Below are positions 24,877 through 33,601 of a stretch of DNA of 64,000 bases, piece after piece (the stretch's first letter is position 1; each line of letters starts with the position of its first letter). This stretch comes from an uncultured bacterium (lineage in GTDB: Bacteria; Zixibacteria; MSB-5A5; UBA10806). Below the pieces are notes generated by a model. It saw only the letters and a program-made list of their open reading frames with translations, made no database searches and was not told the DNA's origin. The DNA lies in NCBI GenBank assembly GCA_965541585.1, contig CBEUCH010000008.1:64001-128000 (forward strand). The letters are read 5' to 3'. Position numbers and translations under genes: made by a program.

Positions 24877-25986
24877 ATGGAAATAGAAAAATTGATGTCA
24901 TCAGATCTCGAAAGCTCGCTTGTGGATGCGATCGAGAACGAGAAGGGCTCGACCGGATCAGTCGATTTCGCAAAGGCCCGGAAGATAGACGTTGACCGCG
25001 ATACATATCTCGAAGCGCAGGCCAAGGGAATGTCTCTAACCGAACTGCTGGAGCAGACGGAATACGATCCGAGTCCCTCCGGTTCATTACTGGATGCTTT
25101 CGAGAGACAACTGGCGTTGAAGGGAATTCGTACTGGGGGCAAAAGTCCGGTAACGGTTGAGATGTTCTATCGAGGCGCACCGGCCCTTATGCCGGAATTC
25201 ATGCAGAGGGAGATCCTGCGGGGGATGAATATGCGTCCCGAACTGGCGAAACTGCTGGCCTCCAGCTCCGGCGTATCCACGTCACGCTACTCACCCATAA
25301 ATATTGACCACTCCGCCACCGATCCCGAAATGTCGCTACGGCCGGTAGGCGAGGGCGCCGTGATACCATCCGTCAATGTCACCGAGCAAAACAACACCAT
25401 AACGATTCCGGATTATGGTCTGACCCTGAAGGTAACCTACAAAGCTCTACGACACCGGAGTATGGCGCAGTTTAAAGTGTTGCTATGGTATATAGGATAT
25501 CGTCTGCAATCGGATAAAGTCGCTCTGGTCGTGGATACAATCATCAACGGCGATGGCAATTCTAATCCGGCGACGGTAATAAACACCGATATTACCAGCA
25601 CTCTCGATTACGACGATCTCATTAAATTCTGGAACGAATTCTATCCTTACCAGCCGAACGTTCTGATCTGCCATAAAGATAAAGTCAGATCGATACTGAC
25701 CCTGGCGGAATTCAAAGATCCCCTGGTCGGCTTCAGTTTCCAGACCAATGGGGAAATTACATCGCCCCTGGGCGCAACGTTGATACGCTGTGATGAAGTC
25801 CCCGCCGATTACGTCATCGGCCTCGATAACCGTTTTGCAATTGAAGAGGTGATCGGCCAGCCCCTGATGGTGGAATACGATAAAATCATCGAGCAGAAGA
25901 TCGAGGAGGCTGTGATATCCGAATCGGTGGCGTACGCAAAAGTCGTGAAGGAATCATCGCTGATACTCGATTCCGAGTGGACTTAA
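24877..25986 (+). CDS. Major capsid protein (HK97-fold)
   Basis: ~369 aa; VGEGAVIP, YGLTLKVTYKAL, IINGDGN segments typical of HK97-like capsids; follows protease and decoration genes. Confidence 0.82.
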   Translation: MEIEKLMSSDLESSLVDAIENEKGSTGSVDFAKARKIDVDRDTYLEAQAKGMSLTELLEQTEYDPSPSGSLLDAFERQLALKGIRTGGKSPVTVEMFYRGAPALMPEFMQREILRGMNMRPELAKLLASSSGVSTSRYSPINIDHSATDPEMSLRPVGEGAVIPSVNVTEQNNTITIPDYGLTLKVTYKALRHRSMAQFKVLLWYIGYRLQSDKVALVVDTIINGDGNSNPATVINTDITSTLDYDDLIKFWNEFYPYQPNVLICHKDKVRSILTLAEFKDPLVGFSFQTNGEITSPLGATLIRCDEVPADYVIGLDNRFAIEEVIGQPLMVEYDKIIEQKIEEAVISESVAYAKVVKESSLILDSEWT

Positions 25987-26008
25987 TCCTCGGTTATCCG
26001 GATTTAAC

Positions 26009-27454
26009 ATGCACAAACTGATAGCCACATCGGCGGCGAACCGGCCCACCGGGTCGCCGCCCCAGAGAAAACTGTTTCGGGTGCCGTCCGGGATATTCAA
26101 GAGAAGGCTGGCGGCTCTATACATGGACTCTGCGGCCGGTATATCGCTTTCGTACTCGGATCACCCGCATCAATCCTGGTCGTCGCCACAGCAGATAATA
26201 ACCGATTCGCTTGACTCACCTTTCAGCGTCAGCATGGATGGATCAGGTAACATATATATAGTCTATAGCGATAGTTCGAAGGATATTAAATTCGTCAAGC
26301 TGACGTTTGCCGCAGGCGCCTGGTCGGCCGGGTCCGCTGTTACGGTCCTGGATGTGGATGATAATTACAATCCCTTTATTCTAAAAGACGGCGACGGCAA
26401 GCTCTGGTGCTTCATTGTAAACCATCGAACTTCGGTCGACTCGAAATACTACGTGCGCTCGAAATTTTCAGACGATGACGGCCAGACATGGGGAACGGGT
26501 GGCAGCGATCTCGGGACGCAGCTTTCGTCGGGATCGGACGATATCTGTTACGTATCGGCCTGCCAGATATCATCGCGGCTTTACACCGTTTATGCCGACG
26601 AGCGATCGAATCTCAAATACCGCGTCTATGACCTGAAACTGGAGTCCTGGGAAAGCGAAAATGCAATCCATACGGGAGATTATATAGATGACGATTTCGA
26701 TATCGCCGTGAGTCCCGATAAGAAACTTGGCGTTGCCTTTTCAATCAGTTCCGATAGCAGGATCTATTTCAAAGAGTTCGATGGTAATTCCTGGAGCGGT
26801 TTACAGGAGGTCGAAGATGTACAGTCAAGATCCCCCCAAATCTCCTATTTGAATGAAATTCCGCATATATTCTATGCTGGATTCCTGGGCAGCAATTACT
26901 ACAGGCTTCGCCATGCGCTAAAATCCGGGGATTCATTCCTCCCTGCCGACTATGCTCCCTCCATAGGAACATTCGATAAAGTTTTGGTTTACGATGATTC
27001 GGCGAGCACTAAATTCGAGGATAAGACAACTGCCGCAGCAGATTCCTCGTCCGGCGATGTGTATCATTCTGAATCATCGGCCTTGTTGAATGGTATAGGC
27101 GATTGCCTCTATGTCGGGAATAAAGACAAGTTCTACTGCGCTACTATTATACTCTCTGTCGCAGGTGCCGGAGGCCAGGTGGTCTGGGAGTATTTCAACG
27201 GAGCTCAATGGATCGCCTTCACTCCGGACAGCGGTGCTTATCATTTCGATTCGGCTGACAAGCTGGTTTATCTGTGGGCCGACGGCGAGTCATTGCCATC
27301 GGACTGGCAAATCGGGGCGATCAACAACTACAACGCATACTGGGTAAGAGCCCGCGTTTCAGTCGGTTTCTCGTCGAACCCGGTCGGCACACAGATCATG
27401 GCAGCGCCCGCGTGCGACGATCTGGCGCTGGTTCGTAACGGCCTCGGGGGATAG
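26009..27454 (+). CDS. Beta-rich (propeller/BNR-like) putative virion-associated protein
   Basis: Asp-box FSDDDGQTW, repeated DxxGxxxI(V/Y) blades, C-terminal WEYFNG..W...YWVR module; no signal peptide. Confidence 0.55.
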   Translation: MHKLIATSAANRPTGSPPQRKLFRVPSGIFKRRLAALYMDSAAGISLSYSDHPHQSWSSPQQIITDSLDSPFSVSMDGSGNIYIVYSDSSKDIKFVKLTFAAGAWSAGSAVTVLDVDDNYNPFILKDGDGKLWCFIVNHRTSVDSKYYVRSKFSDDDGQTWGTGGSDLGTQLSSGSDDICYVSACQISSRLYTVYADERSNLKYRVYDLKLESWESENAIHTGDYIDDDFDIAVSPDKKLGVAFSISSDSRIYFKEFDGNSWSGLQEVEDVQSRSPQISYLNEIPHIFYAGFLGSNYYRLRHALKSGDSFLPADYAPSIGTFDKVLVYDDSASTKFEDKTTAAADSSSGDVYHSESSALLNGIGDCLYVGNKDKFYCATIILSVAGAGGQVVWEYFNGAQWIAFTPDSGAYHFDSADKLVYLWADGESLPSDWQIGAINNYNAYWVRARVSVGFSSNPVGTQIMAAPACDDLALVRNGLGG

Positions 27455-27464
27455 GGGAGAGATC

Positions 27465-27836
27465 ATGAACGTTACTCTGGACTACCTGAAATCTAACCGT
27501 AAATGGTTTATCCGCGATTATCGTGTCTGGGGCGATGACGGCGCCCTCGAAGCCGATATGCTGATGACGGAAACAACGCCCTCAACGTCGAGAATAGTCT
27601 TCCTGCATCAGTTCTCCGGTGGCAACGGACAGGTTGTGGATTTTGCGGATCTTCTGGATCATCGCGGCAATAAACTGCCGCTGACCATAAACAATGCAGA
27701 AGTTATTATCATCCCGAAGAATGCGGTCGCCGCCTTCGTTCCTGGCACGGTCGGCCCGACATCTTTTCGAATTGCCAAATCTAATCGGCAACTTGCGGAT
27801 GCAGTCGTCGACCTTTTGATAATGGAGATGAGCTGA
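27465..27836 (+). CDS. Hypothetical protein of the capsid cluster
   Basis: GGGGAG SD; TGATG coupling to the next gene. Confidence 0.7.
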   Translation: MNVTLDYLKSNRKWFIRDYRVWGDDGALEADMLMTETTPSTSRIVFLHQFSGGNGQVVDFADLLDHRGNKLPLTINNAEVIIIPKNAVAAFVPGTVGPTSFRIAKSNRQLADAVVDLLIMEMS

Positions 27837-28660
27837 TGTCATTTACGACGAAAGATCTCGTTAAAAAACATATCCTGGATCACCATCTCGGCTCGACCCT
27901 CATGGAAAATGAACCGCTCCAGTTAACCGGTAATGATGCCGTGTCCCTGCAGAGGAGAATGATCCTGAAAGGCTCGGAAAAGGTAAAGGGAAAAGAGCAA
28001 CTGGAGCCGGTTCAGGAAACTGTGAGCTTCGCAGGCTCCGATACATTCAGCCTGTCACATTCGGAACTGATTCCCGATACCGTGGTTGTCGCAGGGGATA
28101 GCTCTTTGGGAACCATTTATCTGGAAAATGTTGATTACCATATAGACTACGACAACGGAGAAATCAGAAGAATCAGCTCCGGATCTCTTGCCGCCGGCGC
28201 CAGCGTGGTGATCTGGTATCTCCACTTTAGAATCTATCAGCGGGGAGTGGATTACGATATCGATTACCAGAAGGGCACTATACGAAGGCGCTCATCAGGG
28301 GACGTTGAGTCCGGGCAGCGGGTCCTGGTGGACTATACGGCGGAGTACGGAGGTCTTGACGATGAGGCCATTGATAATGCTATCACGGAGGCCCATGAGC
28401 AGGTGCTGTCGTATATCGATGAGACCTACCGCGATTCCGCCGACCGTTCGCTGGTTTCCGCGGAGACCTATCTCACGGTTTCTATTATATGCCGTATCCG
28501 GGCCATGGAGGCCGTATCTCCATCGAGGGGCAGCGCCAACAACGCCACCGAGGCTAAATCCTGGTCCGCATTGTCTGACACATACAAGAAGGAGGCATAT
28601 ATTATCCTCTCGAGATTCACCGGTATCGTTGGTTCATTCAAGTCGCCATCGAAAGCTTAA
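27836..28660 (+). CDS. Head-completion/connector-like protein with two N-terminal beta repeats
   Basis: Repeats YLENVDYHIDYDNGEIRR and YQRGVDYDIDYQKGTIRR; helical C-terminus (AIDNAITEA...I...YKKEA..IL) resembling gp6/gp15/Mu gp36 adaptors. Confidence 0.5.
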   Translation: MSFTTKDLVKKHILDHHLGSTLMENEPLQLTGNDAVSLQRRMILKGSEKVKGKEQLEPVQETVSFAGSDTFSLSHSELIPDTVVVAGDSSLGTIYLENVDYHIDYDNGEIRRISSGSLAAGASVVIWYLHFRIYQRGVDYDIDYQKGTIRRRSSGDVESGQRVLVDYTAEYGGLDDEAIDNAITEAHEQVLSYIDETYRDSADRSLVSAETYLTVSIICRIRAMEAVSPSRGSANNATEAKSWSALSDTYKKEAYIILSRFTGIVGSFKSPSKA

Positions 28661-28701
28661 ATTCAGGGTTCTCATATCCAGGGATAAGCGGAGAAATTAA
28701 A

Positions 28702-29799
28702 ATGGGCAGAATCATTTTAGCCACGCTGAAAGCGTGGCTTATAGTCCCGCTTATAGCGGGACTGGCCTCGTCTGCGTGGGGGGATACATTTGGCTTTTCG
28801 ACCCAGGGTGCTGCCAGTATCGGCGTAAATCAAACGTGGTGTTACAGTAACAGATACCCACCGGATGTTTACGGTGTTTCGGGCGGCGAGATATTAACCG
28901 AGTTGTGGGTGTTTATAGATCCGCCAGCTGCCAACTACACCAGTAAAATGGGCGTATATAAGTGGTCGGCATCCGATTCATGTGTTACCGACAGTATAGT
29001 GACATCCGGCAGCGTCAGCAATCCGTCGGCGGGTGCCGGTTGGATGCGGTATGATATTGCAGATAAGGTATTGACGGCTAACGATACCATATCGATAGTG
29101 GTCGGAAATTTCCAGACGGGAACGTGGTATATATACGAAACGGCTACTACCGATGCCGCAGAAGAGCATACGGCCGGCGATCTGCCGGCTTCGCTGAGCT
29201 GCGACAGCCGGGACGATTGGCGACTCTCCATGTTCGGGTGCATTAACCAGGAAGGTGGGGGTGGTGCTCTGGGGCATAGTCCTGACACATTCAGCCTCGG
29301 CACCAATTGGACTAATCCTGACAACGGCAGGATAGATGATAATTCCTGTGCCACATATAATAATACCGGGCAGGATTATGTCTGTTACCACGATTTCGAT
29401 TTTTCCATTCCATCAGGCGTAACTATTGACAGCTTTGATGTAACCGTGCAAGTTCGTGGCTCTGCCCTGCCTGCGGCAAAACGGGAATATCGTATCGGCT
29501 TGACAAAAGATTCGACAAATGTATATGGAACCGCCAGGCTGGACACTGCCAACAATGCGGGAGCCTGTAGTGACGCAAGCAACCAGACGAATAGTGGCGA
29601 TCTGTTCGGCGGTGCGTCATGGTCGGGATCAGATATAAACGGTCGGGGATTCGGGGTTATCCTCTATGACGATGATGAACAATCAGACGCATTGGATTTT
29701 GATGCCGTCTGGGTGACGGTTTATTTTACGCCCGCAGCGGTAGGGGGGGTGACTCCATCTCCAAGACGAAAAATGATCTCTAAGGTATTCGGGGGATAA
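28702..29799 (+). CDS. Secreted beta-rich protein of unknown function
   Basis: Signal peptide ending SAWG; two beta-sandwich-like halves separated by GGGG; basic C-terminal tail. Confidence 0.7.
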   Translation: MGRIILATLKAWLIVPLIAGLASSAWGDTFGFSTQGAASIGVNQTWCYSNRYPPDVYGVSGGEILTELWVFIDPPAANYTSKMGVYKWSASDSCVTDSIVTSGSVSNPSAGAGWMRYDIADKVLTANDTISIVVGNFQTGTWYIYETATTDAAEEHTAGDLPASLSCDSRDDWRLSMFGCINQEGGGGALGHSPDTFSLGTNWTNPDNGRIDDNSCATYNNTGQDYVCYHDFDFSIPSGVTIDSFDVTVQVRGSALPAAKREYRIGLTKDSTNVYGTARLDTANNAGACSDASNQTNSGDLFGGASWSGSDINGRGFGVILYDDDEQSDALDFDAVWVTVYFTPAAVGGVTPSPRRKMISKVFGG

Positions 29800-29803
29800 T
29801 AAA

Positions 29804-31540
29804 ATGAAAAAGGTATTTACAATACTATATGTTCTCATCCTTGCCGCCGGGGTTATGGCAATATCGGTAAGGCCAACCGATCAGGTTACAGTAGCTTCCC
29901 GGACGATTTACAATGATGGCAATCTTGCACAGCCCGATTCGGTCAGGATACAGGTATTTCGCAATGGCACGGAGCTTTCTGACGCATGGTATAATACGGG
30001 CGATGCAGAGTGCTCCGCTATTGATAGTTGGTTGATATTCACCGATCAGTTGCAGGATATAGATGGTGCAGGGGGACAGGGACACTATATCATAATGGGT
30101 CGGGCATACGATGAGGATTCAACTCTCTATACGCCCTGGGTATATAATTTCGATGTCGGTATGTGGACAGCCGTTGATCTTATAGAAGATACCCTGCAAT
30201 CACAGGATGGGTGGGTAGCCAGAGAAGCTACGGTTCAGATCATTAATGACAGTTTGGATAGTCAGGATGGATGGGTTGCCCGGAATCAATATGTGGACAC
30301 CGAGGTGCAGGAGATCTTGGACACGCTGAAGACATATGACGACGCCGGTCGCTTTCAGACAGATGCGCAGGAAATCCTCGATACTTTACAGAGCCAGGAT
30401 ACCTGGGTGGCGAAGGAGGCGACCGTAAACGGCCTGAACGACTTTGATCCCCTGTCGGATTCCGTGATGGTCGATATGTCTGTTCTCGATTCGAGCCTGA
30501 TGGGCAGCACTGCCGGGCGGGCATTGCTGTCATTAGCGCCCCATTTCGGGTGGGTGTCTTCTCAGATCAGCACCGGTCAATTCAAAATCGGCGGGCCGAT
30601 GACCGCATACAGCGATGATTTTTTCAATGATCTTCAATTGATTTTCATTGACGGGAATCTGCCCGGCAGGGCATCGAAAGTGACTGATTGGAGCGGTTCG
30701 GATTCGACCATAACGGTCAACCCGTTCTCATCACAGCCCGCCGTATATGACACGTTTGTAGTCGCTCCCAATCTGGATATCTCGGCTTCGGCAGATCTCC
30801 CCGATTCCGTTTCGGCAAGAATAGACTCGATTTTTGCCTCCGTTGGGACATTTTCGGATACCTCGATTACCGCTAAACTGGGGAGTTACTCCGGTGCCGC
30901 CGGGGATAATAACAATGTCAAGGACGACATAGCCGCAATATCCACACAGGGGGGAGGTACGGAAGCTGAAACGCTACTCGTTTTCGATAGTGATTCGACG
31001 GCCATCGAGGGCGTATCCGTCACGGTTCGCAACCTCGACCAGACATCCACAAAAGTGCCCGGTCACCGCACCGACTCCTCCGGCAAACTATACCTCGAGC
31101 TCGATCCCGACAGTTTCGTGGTGGCGCTTTATGCAAACAACTATATCCAGCCGGACCTCGATACAATCGTGGTGTCGACCGGCGGGGGCACAGATACGCT
31201 CTGGATGAACCTGTTCGATCCCGGCAATCCACCATCGCCTGATCTCTGCAGGGTTTATGGCTGGGTATACGATATCACCGGCGATTCGCTCGAAGGCGTG
31301 ACGATAACTTCAGAGATTCCACCGGATTTCCATCCCGTCAAGTACTCGAATGTCATAATTACGCCCTTTAAGAAGACCACGAAGACAGATTCCACCGGCT
31401 ATTGGCAAATCGATCTATTCCCAAATTCGGTCCTGTCCGATGAGGATTCCAGGTACGCCTTTATAATCGAATATCCATCCGGTGTAGTTTTCAAAGCCCG
31501 GGTCGAGGTACCGGATTCGACCAGTTGGCAATTGAAATAA
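29804..31540 (+). CDS. Secreted fibre-like protein with internal repeats and C-terminal prealbumin-like beta domains
   Basis: Signal peptide MKKVFTILYVLILAAGVMA; three D(T/S)LxSQDxWVA repeats; TDSSG and TDSTGYWQI domains. Confidence 0.7.
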   Translation: MKKVFTILYVLILAAGVMAISVRPTDQVTVASRTIYNDGNLAQPDSVRIQVFRNGTELSDAWYNTGDAECSAIDSWLIFTDQLQDIDGAGGQGHYIIMGRAYDEDSTLYTPWVYNFDVGMWTAVDLIEDTLQSQDGWVAREATVQIINDSLDSQDGWVARNQYVDTEVQEILDTLKTYDDAGRFQTDAQEILDTLQSQDTWVAKEATVNGLNDFDPLSDSVMVDMSVLDSSLMGSTAGRALLSLAPHFGWVSSQISTGQFKIGGPMTAYSDDFFNDLQLIFIDGNLPGRASKVTDWSGSDSTITVNPFSSQPAVYDTFVVAPNLDISASADLPDSVSARIDSIFASVGTFSDTSITAKLGSYSGAAGDNNNVKDDIAAISTQGGGTEAETLLVFDSDSTAIEGVSVTVRNLDQTSTKVPGHRTDSSGKLYLELDPDSFVVALYANNYIQPDLDTIVVSTGGGTDTLWMNLFDPGNPPSPDLCRVYGWVYDITGDSLEGVTITSEIPPDFHPVKYSNVIITPFKKTTKTDSTGYWQIDLFPNSVLSDEDSRYAFIIEYPSGVVFKARVEVPDSTSWQLK

Positions 31541-31568
31541 ATACAATAAATCTGTGGAGGAAATTAAG

Positions 31569-31955
31569 ATGTTTATCGAACCTGTCTCAATTCATCACGT
31601 CTCGGCCGGCCTGTTTTCATGGGTAGGGGACATCCTGAGCGAAAGATCGCTGGCGGCGGTCGGTACGATTCTGATGATTTACCTGGGATATCTGATAAAA
31701 AAAGAAATAGTCCCGTTATTGAAAGTCAAACGCAATAAAGAGATTGCGGGCTACATACTTGTGATTGCCGACGATGTTACCGATTATTTCCGGCTGAAGT
31801 TTCCGTCGGCGCACTGGTCGGTATGGCTTGACCGGGCGGTTGACAAAATTATCGATGTTACCGGCGTCGGGAAAAATGCGGCAGAACGTGCCGCCAGAGC
31901 AGCGGTAGCAAGGAAAAAAGAAATAAAGGATCAGAATGAAGAAGGTCGAAGCTGA
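31569..31955 (+). CDS. Holin-like small membrane protein
   Basis: One TM helix (LAAVGTILMIYLGYLI), charged helical C-terminus, last gene of the cluster; GGAGG SD. Confidence 0.5.
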   Translation: MFIEPVSIHHVSAGLFSWVGDILSERSLAAVGTILMIYLGYLIKKEIVPLLKVKRNKEIAGYILVIADDVTDYFRLKFPSAHWSVWLDRAVDKIIDVTGVGKNAAERAARAAVARKKEIKDQNEEGRS

Positions 31956-31985
31956 CTATTAGCATCCGGTAAAATTGCCGTCAAG

Positions 31986-32013
31986 GGGAGCTCATATTCA
32001 GGCTCCCTTTTTT
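31986..32013 (+). terminator. Intrinsic terminator closing the capsid cluster
   Basis: GGGAGC...GCTCCC stem followed by TTTTTT. Confidence 0.8.
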
Positions 32014-32179
32014 ATTGAGCTGAGATATCCTGTGACCCGATAATCATTATCCTGATCGAAACTCGTTGCTCCGCTATTCTAAAGCCCGCCTGGATTTTTC
32101 CGACTAATTGTGGGGAGGATCATTTCTTCCATTGATCGGACAATATGAAATCATGAAAATTTTTACAGGGAGGTAGACA

Positions 32180-33421
32180 ATGAATTTCAGAAGTATTGCA
32201 GTGATTTTACTGGCTGTTATGCTCGCGTTGGCCACCGGATGCGGCGGGAAGAAGACGGTTTATCCCGATAATCCCGCTACGGCAACAGGCGTATCCGACG
32301 GTGAGGGGCATGCGAATATCGAGGTCGGCCCGTATGACGTCATAGTCAACGTCGTGAATATATACCAACAGCCTGTGGCCGGCATCAACGTTAGCGTATA
32401 TCTTTTGAAAGATCATCTGCTGGCGGTTGCCAGCGATGCCAACGGGAACTACTATTCTAATCTGGGCCTGATTTCCTATGATGATGCTCAATCCAACTCA
32501 CAATCCGGTCCCGGTCCGTATTCCGATGGTGTAAGCTCTGCCCGAGTTGCTGCGGATGCTGAAATCGAGATAACCATAGTAGTGGAAAGCTCGGGGCTGG
32601 CATCTAACGGATTCGAGGTCGAACCGGCGCATATGGGCGTTCTGGAGACCGATGAATGGATAAACGTCACCACCGGTGATTATGATATGAGCAGTTTCTA
32701 CACGCTGGCCGGCACAGTGGATTTCTCCGGTGGTACCTTCGTCCACCTGACATCCGATGTTTCATATTCGACCGGCGCCGGACGGCAAACGGCGGCATTC
32801 CTGATTGATAGAATATCCGATGCGGCGACTTTCTCCAGCCTGATGGGACTTGAGTTGAGGATATTCAGCGGGGATACGCTGCACACCCGCCAGTTGAGTT
32901 ATATGAGCAATACCATGCCGATACTGATAATCGATGATATAACCATGCATAGGGATTTCTGGATGCAATTCACATTGACCTGGGCTGAGAATCCCAGCGA
33001 CTTGGATTCCCATCTCTGGACGCCGATCATAGAAGGCAATACACATCATATCTATTTTGCCAGCAGGGGAGATTCCGCCAGCGCTCCTTACGTCGATCTC
33101 GACGTTGACGATGTCACCAGCTACGGCCCCGAGCATGTCACCATACACGACGAGTATCCCGGTACCTATACGTATGCTATTTACCACTACGCAGGAGCGG
33201 GCGATATCTCGGTATCGGAAGCCGAGGTAGGTGTCCTCCAACCCGACGGTACGGTTGAAGCTTTCATGGTACCCGAAGCCGTGGCGTCGGCCAACTGGTG
33301 GTGGCATGTCTGCACCATCGACGGCACTACCGGCGTGGTTACTCCCATAAATATTATCTCTGCAGATCCACCGCTGCCATATGCGTTTCCGGAGAACGTG
33401 GCAAAGGTAGAGATAGACTAA
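32180..33421 (+). CDS. Lipoprotein with C-terminal YfaP/DUF2135-like domain
   Basis: Lipobox LATGC; LTW....DLDSHL...LDVDD..SYGPE motif. Confidence 0.78.
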   Translation: MNFRSIAVILLAVMLALATGCGGKKTVYPDNPATATGVSDGEGHANIEVGPYDVIVNVVNIYQQPVAGINVSVYLLKDHLLAVASDANGNYYSNLGLISYDDAQSNSQSGPGPYSDGVSSARVAADAEIEITIVVESSGLASNGFEVEPAHMGVLETDEWINVTTGDYDMSSFYTLAGTVDFSGGTFVHLTSDVSYSTGAGRQTAAFLIDRISDAATFSSLMGLELRIFSGDTLHTRQLSYMSNTMPILIIDDITMHRDFWMQFTLTWAENPSDLDSHLWTPIIEGNTHHIYFASRGDSASAPYVDLDVDDVTSYGPEHVTIHDEYPGTYTYAIYHYAGAGDISVSEAEVGVLQPDGTVEAFMVPEAVASANWWWHVCTIDGTTGVVTPINIISADPPLPYAFPENVAKVEID

Positions 33422-33601
33422 AGACCTTTTTTACTAAAATAGCAAACTGCCGAGAGACGGTTCAGGCGCTCCGGAAACCTCAATTCCGGGCGCCTTTCCA
33501 TTTCAGGCTCGCTATCCTCTTATTCTACTTGATGTTGTCTGAACTATTTTCGTTGCAATATGTCGGATTTTTCTTATATTCCATGTGGAGAACGGAAGGT
33601 T

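Larger units (their letters stand above)
16302..32013 (+). other. Phage-derived head/DNA-packaging cluster without integrase or tail (GTA-like candidate or domesticated prophage remnant)
   Basis: Co-oriented helicase, portal, TerS, TerL, protease, decoration, capsid, connector-like and holin-like genes, bounded by a promoter and an intrinsic terminator. Confidence 0.8.

Noticed and set aside
24877..25986. Encapsulin nanocompartment
   Set aside because: The capsid is accompanied by portal, terminase and protease, which indicates DNA packaging rather than enzyme encapsulation.
16184..31984. 8-bp direct repeat GCCGTCAA flanking the capsid cluster (16184-16191 and 31977-31984) as attL/attR
   Set aside because: An 8-mer shared between two ~200-nt intergenic regions is expected by chance, and there is no integrase or tRNA target.
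16302..32013. Complete inducible prophage or classical PICI
   Set aside because: No integrase, repressor, primase/replication or tail genes were recognised. A decayed prophage cannot be fully excluded, but the ORFs show no obvious disruption.
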